This document shows, in pieces, positions 38,546-52,935 of a stretch of DNA of 64,000 nt (position 1 is the first letter of the stretch; each line of letters opens with the position of its first letter). The DNA comes from Octopus bimaculoides (taxonomy: Eukaryota): positions 16,467,554 to 16,531,553 of the forward strand of contig NC_068996.1 of assembly GCF_001194135.2 (NCBI RefSeq), written 5' to 3'. The notes beneath the pieces were generated by a model. It had not been told where the DNA came from, ran no database searches, and worked only from the letters and a program-made list of their open reading frames with translations. A program made the position numbers and the translations under genes.

Positions 38546-39094
38546 AGGTTTGGCTCAGACAGACAGACAGACACCTAAAGATAGGTTGGTAGACAGAGAG
38601 ACATATAGGTAAGTAGGTAGGTAAGGGGTGAGTAGGTAGGTAGGTAGGTAGGTAGGTAGACACAGAGAGATTTATGCAACGTGATAAGCCAACGTTAACA
38701 CATTTAATATATAGAGCATTAAAGAGCTAACAAAAAATATAATCATTGGGTAACAAACGATTGACACGTGTGTGGAACGCAGAAAATTCTGACCGATTTT
38801 AATTTCAAGCATAAAAAAGCCTTTTTTTTTATAGCGTCTATCGTCATAATAGCCGATGAGAATGCATTGTAGCTCTTAGCTCCGGCATTTGAAACTCTGA
38901 GTCCTATTATGACAACTTACTGATTGCCCTAATCTATACATACATAAATTCCTCTATTTACCAAATATCGTGGTTTCATTCTTCTGTTGTCATTCATCAC
39001 CATCATCACCATCATATGTGTGTGTGCGTTTGTGCCTGTTTTTGTGCCCACCACAGTGAAATGACTGAAACAAGTAAAAGAATCTATATATATG

Positions 39095-39144
<50 letters not shown>

Positions 39145-39700
39145 TATATATACACATACACACATACATATGCATATATACACACAGACACACATTATAT
39201 ATATATATAATATAATAAATGTGAAAACTAATTTGTGTGTCAGTGTGTCACAATTTGACATCCCTCTCTTACTATTCAATGACACTCCTACTATTCCTGA
39301 TGATGGGGGGAAGAGTAATAGTAGGCATAGAGACGGTGAGGGCGGTGGTGAAGACAGAGAAAAAAAGAGAGAGAGAGAAAGAAAGAAAGAAAGAAAAAGA
39401 AAGGGGCGAAAGAGGGCCTGAACACTGAAGTAACATGCTGAATAACTTACTGGTAATAGTATGAGCTGTAGTTGTGATAGAGACGGAGGCAGCGGTGATG
39501 GTGGTGGTGGTGGTGGTGGTGGTGGTGGTGTTCAGGGATGATGGTAAGAGTAAGTGATGTGAAAGACAGTGGTGGAGGGGAAGGCAGCGAAGTCAAAAGT
39601 ATTGATGGTGGCGTCAGAAGTCTGAATGGTGTGTGTATGGCAGGTGCGATGGCGATAGTGGTGGTACTGGTGATGGTGATTGGTTGAAAACAATCAATAG

Positions 39701-39748
<48 letters not shown>

Positions 39749-39847
39749 GCAGACAGGCAGACAGACAGGCAGACAGACAGACAGACAGACAGACAGGCAG
39801 ATAGACAGAGAGTGACAGAGAGTAAGAGGTTAGATAGAAAAAAATAT

Positions 39848-40067
39848 TGTACTGACCCCCTGAATGGGAAGACAAAAAATATTGTTTATCATGTAGCTTT
39901 GCAATAATTTCCAAGTCAACAAATTATATCATTGTTTTGATGAAAATTGTTCACTGCTTGAAAAATATTGGTCAAGTTGAATAAAATTTTATATGTACTC
40001 AATGCATGAAGTGTCATTATTGGGCCCAAGGCCTAATGAAGAGCCCTCCACAGGAATTTTAAGCTAG
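39848..40067 (+). mobile_element. Short Helitron 3'-terminal fragment
   Basis: Translates NGKTKNIVYHVALQ* (compare GKTKNVVYQEALQ* at 4281); CTAG|T at 40064-40067. Confidence 0.55.
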
Positions 40068-40626
40068 TATAGTATATACATTTGTATGAATATATTGTGT
40101 TAACGACATCAATGATTGATTAGTCGCTGGTTCTCTGTAGACCACTGGAAATGAGATGTGGGTAGTATGCGGTGCTAGCAGATACCTATTACCGATGGTG
40201 CACAAGACCAGCCGAATCACGTGACAGCTACCAATGCTTGACAATTCCTGTCTGCTACCGATATTTCGATATTCTTATATAGAAGAGAATTTCTCAAGGT
40301 AAACAGCACAGCATCACAGAACTCCTGTAATAAATACATCCCCGAATAAACAGGATATAAAACTTGCCTTGTCATTCGCTAATATTTAATGCGTATCTAT
40401 GAGTATGTGTGTCTATACATACATAACCTATATATGTATGCGTGTATGTGTATATATGTGTATGTATTATGTATATATGTAGATAGATAGATAGATAGAT
40501 GCACACACAGAGGATGAGTAATTGTTTACACAATGTGTGTTCTTGTTTCTTGTGTGTATTTTTGGAAATATGTGTGAATGTGAGTGTATGAATCTACATA
40601 CGTTTGTATGTATACTTGTATTCATG

Positions 40627-40682
<56 letters not shown>

Positions 40683-40747
40683 TGCATTTGTGTGTGTGTG
40701 TATGTGTGTATGTATATGTATGTGTGTGGTTACGTATAATGCATACA

Positions 40748-40782
<35 letters not shown>

Positions 40783-41220
40783 TTTATACATGGATACAAA
40801 CATACATATGTAATGTACGTAGATACATACACACACATTCACACATATTTCCTGGTTATATTAAAAACAACGTTAATTTCTTATTCGCTACTACTCTTCT
40901 GTTGAATTTCATTCTAACTTATCTAGGATAGTGCAGGTTATTAGGATAGTAGTAGGTTAGTTCTTAGGTTATTTGGTTCCTTAACAGAGTATGTAATAGG
41001 GGTTAGATGCCATCGTTTTTTGTTTTGGGGGTTTTTTTTTCATTTCTTAAAGAATACACTGTTTTGTACGTAGTTACAGTTTAACGAAGCCGGAAAGACG
41101 TTGTACAGCAGACATGAAGCATACATGTGCGTATGCGCATGTGTTTGAGAAAAAGAGAGAGAGAGATAGAGATCTTGTCAGTTGAGAAGGAAGATGTCAC
41201 ATAGTACAAGCTGAATGTTA

Positions 41221-41221
41221 C

Positions 41222-41282
<61 letters not shown>

Positions 41283-41350
41283 GTAATAATAATAATAATA
41301 AATATAATCATGATGATGATGAAGATGATGATGATGATAATGATGATGGT
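41221..41350. repeat. (AAT)n/(ATG)n microsatellite
   Basis: Directly visible. Confidence 0.95.
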
Positions 41351-42804
41351 GGTGTGCATGTGTGTGTACGAACTTGTATGCCTGGATATTATTTATACTC
41401 GTATGTATGCATGTGTACATGGAATTGTGTACATTCAAGGTTTCCGTAACTGTGTATATGTGTGGCGCCATCCAATTAGAGGACAGAAAATGTTGTCACA
41501 AATGAGAGTATGAAATCCCTAAGGAATACTCTACTGAAAGTTAAACCCCGCCATTTTCTAACAGGAAACAGTCATCTTTGGCGAATCACATAAATTAGAT
41601 GTTGTAAAAATTAGTGTCTTTGGAAAACTCCGCAAAAGTGTATGTTCCATTTCTCATCCCAATTAACGAGTCCAACATCGTTTCCTTGCTAAAATAACAA
41701 CCAAATCACTTTTAAATACCATCAATTTTCAAACAAAGGAAAAATGTATTTAGTATTTGTTCCTAGATACCATATATACTTCCATGGATTAGACGTGTGT
41801 GTGTGTGTGTGCGTGTGTGTGTGTACGTGTGTGTGTTTATTTATCTGTGCCATCTGATCATTCGTTATAATTGATTATAATGTGTTTATTCATTAATCTT
41901 GGTTATGAATCCCTCAACCACATANNNNNNNNNNNNNNNNNNNNNNNNNNNNNNNNNNNNNNNNNNNNNNNNTATACAAATCATAATAAGCAACAAGGAT
42001 ATCCAGAGGTAATGCAGTACGATCGTTTCACAAAACTCCATTTAATTGAACAATGCAACCATTATATCAATTTAAGTACAGAGCAATCCTCAGCTGCATA
42101 AAGACATAGAATTAAATTAAATTAAAACAGATGGACACATTAGTATAATTTTACGTAAATCCTCCAAGAAGGTAAGGAGATAGACAAAGAACGTGCTGTC
42201 TTCACTTCAGCTTAGTAGCTTCTAAGCTGAAGTGAAGACAGTGAAGACAATATTAAAAATATTATTATAATTTTACAGCGTTTTCAAGAATAACAGCTAA
42301 ACAATTACTGATGGTGCGACACTTTATTGAGCAAAGAGTAAAATTTATAGTGAAGATCTAAGCGCTGTGTGGTTAAGACATTTGCTTCCCAACCACATGG
42401 TTCTAAGTTGATCCTCACTGCATGACACCTTGGATGTTTTTTACTATAGCTTCGACCGACCAGTGTTGTGAGTGGATTTGGTAGACGAAAGCTGAAATAT
42501 ATAGATATGTGTGTGTGTGTCCTCCACTACTGCTTGATAACCTAAATTAGCGGTTGAGAAAAAGCCACCGATAGTACCAGGAACTTTACAAGCAAGTTTA
42601 TAATCTGTTTGGGGATTTACATAAAAAGATGAGCGAAAGAAAGGTAAAGGAGCAAGAAATGCGATAAAAGTACACAACGCTTGCATTCTTCATTCGTCCT
42701 AACGCAGGAAAGCTTCCAACTATGTCAATCAAGGAATCCTGCAGAACCAGGATCACCCAAAATGCAGAGTTTGTTCGATGTCACCCTCGTTGAGGGAGAC
42801 TAAA

Positions 42805-42822
42805 ATGGCAGATAGCGAGGAA
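42805..42822 (+). CDS. Speculative first coding exon MADSEE (phase-0 donor)
   Basis: aaaATGG start context and GAA|GTAAGT donor in non-repeat sequence; no downstream exons identified. Confidence 0.2.
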
Positions 42823-45800
42823 GTAAGTAAATATGAGTGTCGAAAAGAGAAACAATTGCGATTAGTGAGCTGTAGTGAGAGATTTACAATGATTGGAGTA
42901 GCAAATATTTTGATAAAAATGAAACTGCAAATTTTTGTCGTAAATTTGGCAGGCTCTATAATTTCTTTTAACTTTGTAGTTAACATTCAAATACTATGAA
43001 AAGCAGAAATTTAAACGAATCATGCAAAGTGTTGATTTTAAATTAAAAAGTGGTCTTCCGTTGGTTACGACGACGAGGATTTCAGTTGATCAAAGCAACG
43101 GTACAACTTTCTCGTGAAATTAATATGAAAGTAGCTGAGCACTTCATAGACACGCGTATCCTTAACGTAGTTCTCAGGCTAATTCAGCATCATAAGAATG
43201 CTATAGGACTGGCCTTTGAAATACAGGCACTACTCATTTTTGCCAGCTGAGTGGACTGGAACAACATGAAATAAAGTGCCTTGCACAAAGACATAACGCA
43301 CCACCGGGAATCGAACTCACGTCCTTTCGATCGGGAACATCCTAACCACTAAGCCACGCGCCTTCACTGATTTTAAATAATGGAAATTCATACATCCATA
43401 CCCTAACACAAACATACAGCTCGTTTTTATAACCGCTTTTTTTTTTCTTTTTCATTCTTTCTGTAGTTTGATCCTGTCTACTTCACATACATACAAACAC
43501 CCTTCATATAACTTGCTTTTCTGGCTGAATCTTATATATGACAATCAATCATTAACAAAACATATTGTTGGATATTTTAGGGAAAAAATATTATTAAATA
43601 TAATAAATTGGTTAATATTTAATTTCATACACATAGACACATATATATTTGCATAAGCACACGCACACACATATGAAAAATAATTTTAAGCAAAAACAGA
43701 AAATAGTTTCATATTTAATTTCATATCTATATACACGCATGCGCCTGAAAGTTTAGTTATGAAAAGTTTCGACATTATTACAGTCTATTACCTCCCACTG
43801 TGACTGTTTCTTAACTTTCTAAAAAAATCACGTATCTTAGCAAAATTTTACAAATATATGTTATGAAAAGTGTGGATTACGATTTTGTTAATAACATTTT
43901 TAGAACAAAGCATTTTTTTATGAAGCTTAAATCTTTCTCCGCCACCCCATCCCCTCTTTGTTACCATCAATTTCCGTCACTTAAGAAGTATTTTATAGTT
44001 TTTGGGGATTTTATTTTTCAGATGTCTATGTTTGACAACGTAAGTGTAATGTAATCCACACTCTTGAAAAGATATGTGTGCAAAATAGCATTTAAAAATA
44101 TGCATTTTAAAGAGGATGTAAATACAAGGAGATCGTGGTTTCAATTCTCGGACTGGCCGTGCGTTTTATGTTCGTGAACAATGGACTTCATTTCACGATA
44201 CTCCAGTTCACTCAGCTGTAAATGAGTAATTCTGCGATCTGTGACTAGTGTCCTGAGCAAGGGAAGTGTAGTGATCTTGGCTACTTAAACACATGGAAAA
44301 CAAGATAAATGGCTTTATGATTCCTAGGACTCGAAACAGTTTTTTTATTACATAGGTACAAGAAATTATGGAAAGAGGTAAGTCGACAAAAAAACGACTT
44401 TAGAACTCCATCGATAGAAAATTTCATCAAGCTTGGTGAGATGAGAGCCAAAATTGATCTTAATAGGCTTTGGACTCGGAATGTAAATGACCAGCTTTAC
44501 TACCGGAAGGTATTTTGTTCGACGCTCTAATCATTTTGCCAATACACCGCCGCCCAAATCGCCAAACGAAGAGAAAAAGAAACACTTGTCATATCACATA
44601 TTTTCTATGCAACCATCAAGAAACATTATTGCAACTTACATTAATCATGTTGTACACATTCACCACTAAACATTACTACAATTCAAATTAAACATATTGC
44701 CTACAGCACAAACAAAACATTAAGTAAAACAAGAAATGCAAAAATTCAAAAATTTTGCATCTCGCGAAATACAACGCTGCGCACAGCTCAGGATCAGAGG
44801 TGCACCTGGTAGTGTAGAAGAATCCCTGCTATCAGTATATGGCTGGAAATCAGGTTCCTGTCATTGGAACTATGGAAGATAAAGATCCTTGAAATAGAAA
44901 TATTAAGCTCAAAATGATTTGAACGTAAGAAGTACGATAGTTAAAAAAAAAAGCTCGGAGATTAATTCTTGGCGCTCTGTCACAGCTTATGTCCAATCTA
45001 CCAACATCCCTCATTGTTCAAATTAAACCCAACCTGGAGAAGAAATGCAAGTTTCGATGAAACTGTCCATCAAAAACAGTGGGACTCCACTTGATTAGAC
45101 GGGTAAATCTGTAGAGTTGGTAGAAATAGGTTTCTTTCACACACACACACAAAGAAGCTGTTGGAGTGAGGCTATCAATCACCACCCAGCGCCGCCGTCT
45201 ATTAGAATAACAGTGTAATAATATCCGAGTGTCCATTAAACAACTGACAACTCTGGTTTTAGTGAAAACGCTCCATAGAGGATATCTTTCATAATTACTA
45301 GGTGCAACTGTATAATTTAAAGTTTTCTGTTACTCGCTTTCTGATTCTAGTTAAAGAAACATTTCACACAAATGTCTGGTGTCCAGTCACACCTTTCTTT
45401 CAACTACAAATGATGTTTTATTAAGCCTGAGATTCACCCTCCTCTCACCTGTGAAATAACATAGAAAAATCGAAACAAGAATAATAAAAACAGTCACTTT
45501 AAAGTGAGAAAGAAAAATGTGGCTAAAAAAAGGACAACAGAAAAAAAGTGTCAGGGAAGAGAAAAGAAAAATGGAAGTTAGAAACGAATCCTTTATTTAA
45601 GATGAGGGATTTTATGAATATTCATTACAAATTGTACGGCTCTATGGTTAACAAGTTCGCTTCCAAATCACGTAAGCTGTACATGCAACCCAGCTATGTT
45701 GTATTTTTTAAGGTGATAATTTTTTTTTTTCAGTTCTCTTCTGACTTGAGAGTAATTTTTTTAAAACATCTTCCCATCACAAAAATTTCTGACATTGATG

Positions 45801-46170
45801 GGCGTGAGTGGAGTGACAAGAATTTTGCTTCCCAATCATTTGGTTCTGAATTCAGTCCTATTGCGTGAAAACATTGATAAATGTCTTCTACTGTATATTG
45901 GGATTAACCAAAGCCTTGTGAGTGGATTTCGTATACGTGTATGTCTTTGTGTTCCTTTGTCTCTCACTACTGTTTGATGACGGGTGTTGGTGTATTTACG
46001 TCCCATAACTTAGCAGTTCGGCAGAGTGTAATCGAAAGAATAAGTGTCACGCTTTATAAAAAACGTGTAAAATAAAGTACTGGGTTTCGTTCATTCGACT
46101 AAAATTGCCCAAAGCGATGTTCCAGTATGGCCGCTCTTTAATGACTTGAAACAAGTAAAAGATAAAAAGA
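45801..46170 (+). mobile_element. Degenerate full-length SINE-A copy
   Basis: Head, ccaaagccttgtgagtggattt body, and tail atgacttgaaacaagtaaaagataaaaga. Confidence 0.8.
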
Positions 46171-48441
46171 TAACAAGCCATAAATTTGATCAGTTGATCT
46201 CGGTACTTGACAAGTACTTTATTTTATTGACACTAGACGGATGAAAAAGGGACTCATGGCGTAAATGGTCGAAGAAGATATAGGAACACATTTTCTCTGA
46301 TTGATTCTGTCAAACATTTTTCAACCGCGCTTGAAGTAAAAAAGAAAAATGTACGCTAATAAGATTTTCGTAATGAAATCGGATCTTTATATATANNNNN
46401 NNNNNNNNNNNNNNNNNNNNNNNNNNNNNNNNNNNNNNNNNNNNNNNNNNNNNNNNNNNNNNNNNNNNNNNNNNNNNNNNNNNNNNNNNNNNNNNNNNNN
46501 NNNNNNNNNNNNNNNNNNNNNNNNNNNNNNNNNNNNNNNNNNNNNNNNNNNNNNNNNNNNNNNNNNNNNNNNNNNNNNNNNNNNNNNNNNNNNNNNNNNN
46601 NNNNNNNNNNNNNNNNNNNNNNNNNNNNNNNNNNNNNNNNNNNNNNNNNNNNNNNNNNNNNNNNNNNNNNNNNNNNNNNNNNNNNNNNNNNNNNNNNNNN
46701 NNNNNNNNNNNNNNNNNNNNNNNNNNNNNNNNNNNNNNNNNNNNNNNNNNNNNNNNNNNNNNNNNNNNNNNNNNNNNNNNNNNNNNNNNNNNNNNNNNNN
46801 NNNNNNNNNNNNNNNNNNNNNNNNNNNNNNNNNNNNNNNNNNNNNNNNNNNNNNNNNNNNNNNNNNNNNNNNNNNNNNNNNNNNNNNNNNNNNNNNNNNN
46901 NNNNNNNNNNNNNNNNNNNNNNNNNNNNNNNNNNNNNNNNNNNNNNNNNNNNNNNNNNNNNNNNNNNNNNNNNNNNNNNNNNNNNNNNNNNNNNNNNNNN
47001 NNNNNNNNNNNNNNNNNNNNNNNNNNNNNNNNNNNNNNNNNNNNNNNNNNNNNNNNNNNNNNNNNNNNNNNNNNNNNNNNNNNNNNNNNNNNNNNNNNNN
47101 NNNNNNNNNNNNNNNNNNNNNNNNNNNNNNNNNNNNNNNNNNNNNNNNNNNNNNNNNNNNNNNNNNNNNNNNNNNNNNNNNNNNATATATATATATATAT
47201 ATATATATAAATATATGTATATAATTAAAGAAATTGGGGCGATATTACTGGCATGAGTATGCATATACGTTAGAAAGAAAGACAAAATTTACACACCAGC
47301 GAATTTCAATGCATCCCCCACAGCAAAATATTAGCTGGAGAACTTTGTGCTTAAGTATAAAACTTTAACAATTATTAAACTAATATTTACTTTCTTGTAC
47401 TTTTCACTTATTTGGTTGTCTATGTCTATTTATTTTGAAAATTCCAGTTATCTTTTTAAATCTTAGTAATGCCCTAATTTATATTTTAAAAGGGAACAGG
47501 GTTCGACGAGTGCTTTGTCGTAAAATAAGGCTCTACATTCAGCCCACTACTCCTTAGCAAGTGCGGATGGCTAACTGTATAGATAGTTTAACACCAGGAT
47601 ATCATCTAATCTGGGAGTTGCTGCATTTCTCTCCTAACTTGAAGAGTAAATGAAGGTTAAAACTTTTGAGACAGATTTTTTTTTCATAAAAATATTTTTT
47701 CCGTTCAAAGGTATTCCTCACATTTGAAGACAGCTTGAGGCTCAAAATTAATTATATTATCTTAAATGGTGTTATTTGATTCTAGCAAAATAGTTGGCTA
47801 GTTGTTTACTGACCACAAAGGAATTATTTCCCCCACTTGTCTGAAGAAATAGGAATGTGGACTTATTGGCGGTTTAGGTACGTGTCTCTTCTTTCTCATT
47901 TCTCTCTGTCATAATATATATTTATACATATACATACACATACATAAACATACATTTTACACGCACACACACACACACACATATACGCACGTATGTATAT
48001 GTATCATAGACTTCCGTTGTCGTGTAATGTCAGCGTTGTTCTATTGAGATGAATGAAAGATAAATTAAGGTGAGTGCAAGGTTTTCGGGTCACAGCTGTC
48101 TAACTTTGTTTATCTTCTCTCAGTATATTCATGTTGTCCCTCTGCTTTTGTCTCACCAACACCACCACCACCGCCGCTATTACGGTGTACGTGTCTGTCT
48201 GTGTGTCTATGTCCACCACGTACGTATGTTCTGCATCTGTAAGTATGTGTGGGATAACCCATCATGTACATATGCAGCCGTTGTGTGTGTGTGTTTTTGT
48301 CTGTGTCCACCATGAACGTGTGTTCGGTCTCTGAGTGTACATGCGTGTGCATGACTCACTGAATCTGTCATCTCTCTCTCTCACTTACTCTCCCCCTCTC
48401 TCTCACTTTCTCTCTCACTTTCTCTCTCACTTTCTCTCTCC

Positions 48442-48524
<83 letters not shown>

Positions 48525-48659
48525 CAAATGTCTGCCCACCACAGGTAGACGCATAGACGCGTGCATGCGCCCTGCATGTGCTTATGTCTGCTTTTGTGAC
48601 CTTGCGTGTGTTTCACTGTTTCGTTTGATTGTGTGTGTGTGTGTGTGTATTTATTAGAA

Positions 48660-48698
<39 letters not shown>

Positions 48699-49115
48699 AT
48701 GGTGTTGTTTTGTGAAAGTCAGTGCCTAACCATGAAATGAATGAAAAATATTAACTCTAACGCACCCCATCGTACGTGCAGACGTCAAATAATGTTATAG
48801 GACGTACAGGGATTCAGCTGTTATTTTTAGCAGGTTGAGTGCTACACCACGTAGATCTCTCCGTATTGATTTCATTTCTTTTCTCAGAGATTACATGCAT
48901 ACATGCCTACAGTTACACACACACCCGATAGTCTTCTTTCAGTTTCCATCTGCCAAATCCACTTCCAAGTTTATGTTCAGCCCGGGGATATTATAGAAGG
49001 AAATTATCACACTGTTGGGATGCAAACTTACTACACTGCCACACCTGCAGCTATGTCCGTGTATATGTATATATTTAAACAAAACTGTCCGACGAGCGGG
49101 AACGTGAAACGAGTA

Positions 49116-49149
<34 letters not shown>

Positions 49150-49249
49150 ACGTGCGTGTGTGTCTGTATGTATGTATATGTATGTATGTATGTATGTCTC
49201 CAACGCAGAAAGGCTGTGAAAACAGCTAGGAACTTCGAATAAAATCCCT

Positions 49250-50100
49250 TAGAAGCCTCTGCAGATAATCGAACCGTGTACTTCTCAAATTTCGGCTGAC
49301 AGGTTGGCTGAGGATAATAGCATGTAGTTTGATGCTGGAAAGTTCCAAGTTCTGCGCTAACAGCTCAAGATGCTGAATGAAACGCAGACAGGATATAGTA
49401 GCCCACGAAGGATTGCAATTCCTGAATCAATATCACTGCATGACCTAAGCACTGACATAAGCAATGGGACTTCTTTCAAGATGCATATTACTAAGTTGGC
49501 AATAAAATGCAGGCGGTTGATCAGATGGATCTTTAGAACTTTCAGAAGGAGAGAACAGGAAGCCATGATGATCCTCTGAAGAACATTTGTCCTAAGCCGC
49601 CCAGACTACTGCTCCCAACTATTGTCAGTACACAGTGTAACATTAACGGTAGAACTTGAAGCAATCCAGCGAAGCTATGTAAAGGAGATCGTCTCAATGC
49701 CACTGGTCAGCTACTGACAAAGGCAGAAAATCATAAAACTTTATTCCCCAGAACGATGGCGGGAAACATAATCAGCGATATTACATTTGGAAAGCCGTGG
49801 AAGGACTTTATCAAATTTTGGCATTTGAAATTACGCAAGCACCAGAACAGGGCGTTACTATATAGTACCAAGGATCGAAATATCGCATCAAGGTACAGGA
49901 CCAGATACAGAAACAGCCTGGGTTTCAAGAGCCTACAGTTCTTCAATATCCTCCCAAAAGGTCCTCAAAATAAAAACGGATCTTCTTCTGTCATGAATTC
50001 TGGATGAACCTACTTTGCACGAGAAAACACAAATGAGTGCAACAACGTCAAACTGTCTCATTCATCAAATGCTACATATCAGAGGTTTCACGTGATAAAA
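49250..50100 (+). mobile_element. 5'-truncated CR1-clade LINE (RT C-terminal/thumb region), pseudogenised
   Basis: WAEDNSM*FDAGKFQVLR, SFKMHITKLAIKCRRLIRWIFRTFRRRE, FVLSRPDYCSQL, ELEAIQRSY, KLYS.ERWR. Confidence 0.85.
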
Positions 50101-50161
50101 GTGTAATAAAACTAACGTCGATGCTTCAGCATAGTCGCAGCTCTCGTAAAGGAATAAAAGA

Positions 50162-50216
<55 letters not shown>

Positions 50217-50226
50217 CACACACACA

Positions 50227-50263
<37 letters not shown>

Positions 50264-50319
50264 TATGAGAACTCAAAAGTTATCCGCTCTTTCGCCAAAC
50301 CTTTTTTTAGGTTGGTCAC

Positions 50320-50945
50320 ACTGCATTCAGTGCTTGCGCGCTAAAAGTTGGAAGTCTTGTGGTTATGTAACCGAAGTTTGTCTTTGATCGCTTCAGTTTT
50401 CTTTCTTGTGTAACAGGGTAAACATGGTCGCTCAGAAGTGCGCATCAAGGAAGAACAGAGATCAATGATTTGATTTCTTGGGTTTGAACCCGAGAAATTC
50501 ATTGCATGTCAAGGGATGAAATACATCGCAGGCTTTCTGTACAACATGAGAACAGTAATGTAAAATGTAGATGTGTGTATGAGTGAATCGGGAAGTTTTA
50601 AAATTATTGGATAAGCATGAAACACGAAGACACAGGACACTCATCAACCTGCACCACTGACGTGAGGATTCAACGAGTCCGAGAGTTAATTTTGGCGAAT
50701 CGATGAGTAACTATTGATGAAGTGGCACGTTCTCTGCACATTAGTCATGGTTCTGCAAATGAAATCATTTACGGCAAGTTTCGCTTCCTTAAAGTCTGTG
50801 CGATGGGTAGCAAGAGAGCTTACCGAAACACATGCAAAATCGTGTAGAGATCTGTCGACGCTTACTCGACCGCTACAACGACAACAGTGAGGCTTTTTGA
50901 AAAGTATAGATGAGACCGGAGTCCATCACTTTGAGTCAGAATCCA
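50320..50945 (+). mobile_element. Mariner transposase pseudogene fragment
   Basis: KEEQRSMI, EIHRRL, VRELILANR*VTIDEVARSLHISHGSA..II...F.KVCA, WVARELTE (WVPREL motif), DETGVHHFE (first catalytic D). Confidence 0.9.
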
Positions 50946-51569
50946 TATATATATATATACACATATATGTATGCGTGTGTGTGAGTGTGTGTGTGTGCCT
51001 TTCTGTCTGTGTTTGTCCCCTCCCACCATGGCTTGAGAACTGGTGTTGGTGTATTTATGTCCTCGTAACTTAACCTGTTCGGCAAAAGGGACCGATAGAA
51101 TAAGTACCCAGCTTTAAAAAAAATTACTGGAGTTGATTATTTCGACTATAAATTCTTCAGATGTTGTGCCCCTGCATGGCCGCAGTCCAATGACTGAAAC
51201 AAGTAAAAGAGTAAAAAACTAAAAGAATAGCGTAAACTCTGCTGTGTATATGGGACTTCGCTGCTACATTAACTCCTGTGAGTGTTAATCTGACTTCTAG
51301 CACTCGGCTTTAAGTACTTGCTTGAGCAAAACCAAACAATAATAAGTGCCACCCACTCTTGCCATTTTCACAACTTTCTCCCGCTTCTCAGTAAATTCAC
51401 TCGAGGACGACGGCACCTTTCCTTTGAAATTTGAAAAAGTCGATTAGAGATCTACCAAAGGGAAAGTCTCTGTCCTTCATACTTTCCTATCTTGTCCACC
51501 AGACAACCTATTTTCATACAGCTACCAAAGAACAACTGCCTTACCCGCCCTGATAGCTGGACCCATCTT

Positions 51570-52144
51570 GGATCTTTTTTAAAACGGGGGCCACATTTTT
51601 CATTAACGAAACACTTTGAAACTTGGAACACTAGTAGAATGTGTCAAATAAAACATCTTTTTCTCTTAGTCTTCTTAAAAAAAAAAGAAATCCATAAGTT
51701 ATTCCATGTTAAAGTTGTCGTATTTCTGTAATTTCAACCAATCACTGACGTCCATTCAGCCGATATACATTAAGTGCCGACTACATAAACAAACGATTCT
51801 GAAACAATTAACCCTAACCCTAACCCCTAACCCTAGGGTTAGGGTTACAGTTAAAGCAAATTTAAAATGAAAAAAGCAAATAAAACGAAGGTATGGAGAT
51901 TAAATACGCTTTACACCGCTTAATCAGCCAAAGGAGTAAATGTAAACAACTGAATACTTGTCAGTGATTGGTTGAAATTATCGAAATAAGATAATTCTTT
52001 ACATGAAATATATTCGAATACAAAAATATTTTTCTGTTCTATAACACAAAATAGATAAGTATACGAAGTTTGAAAGTCTTTCCGTACCAAAAACACTACG
52101 TAAAACATTAATGAAAAATGTGGCCCCCGTTTTAAAATAGATCC
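51570..52144. mobile_element. 575-bp MITE with GG termini, ~37 bp TIRs, 8-bp TSD CCCATCTT and internal telomere-like palindrome (Merlin-like)
   Basis: GGATCT(T/A)TTTTAAAACGGGGGCCACATTTTTCATTAA TIRs; TSD at 51562-51569 and 52145-52152; inner IR tttcaaccaatcactgac; taaccctaaccctaacccctaaccctagggttagggtta at ~51809-51847. Confidence 0.9.
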
Positions 52145-52619
52145 CCCATCTTCGCCACACGCGAAATTTTTTTTTTCCCACGAGAGTTCCGGACCCCATT
52201 AATGAACTCATTTGCATACAGCCAATCAGAACTTGAAAATCCATATACTGTGTACTTACTATAGTACAGCCAGTCAGGCATAGAATGGTGTATGCCACTC
52301 TGGGAGTACAGCATAGCAGGTCTCACATAAGCACCACATTCCACCCCCACCATCTTCATAGATCAGTTGAGCACCATCTCTATATGGAGCTAACATTAGG
52401 TACCTATAATAATCCTTTCTAATGTAGGCACCAGGTCAGCAATTATTGGAGGAAGCGATAGTCGACTACATCGGCCTAGTACTTCACTGGTACTTTAATA
52501 TATCATGCATGAAGGGAAGGAAAAATTAATTTAACCTCAGCCAAATTCGAACTCAGAACGTGAAGAGCCGGAAGAAATACTGCAAATATTTCTTTCCGCT
52601 GCTAATCCATCAACCCCAT

Positions 52620-52935
52620 TAATGATAGTGTTGCTGCTGCTACTGCTGCTGCAACTGCTGCTGCTGCTGCTACTGCTGCTGCTGCTGCTGCTGCTGCTAA
52701 TGATAATGATGATGAAGATGAGGAGGAGGAGGAGGAGGGGGAAGTTGCGGTGGTGATGTTGATGGTGATGATGATGACGATGATAATGATGATAATGATG
52801 ATGACGATGATATTAATGACGATGGTGGTGGTAGTGGTGGTGGTGGTGGTGGTGGTAGCGGCTGCGACGACGACAACGATGCCGATGATGACGATAAAGA
52901 CAATGAGGACAAAGACGACGACGACGACGATGGTG
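52620..52935. repeat. Compound trinucleotide array (GCT)n-(GAT)n-(GAG)n-(GAT)n-(GGT)n-(GAC)n
   Basis: Directly visible. Confidence 0.92.
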
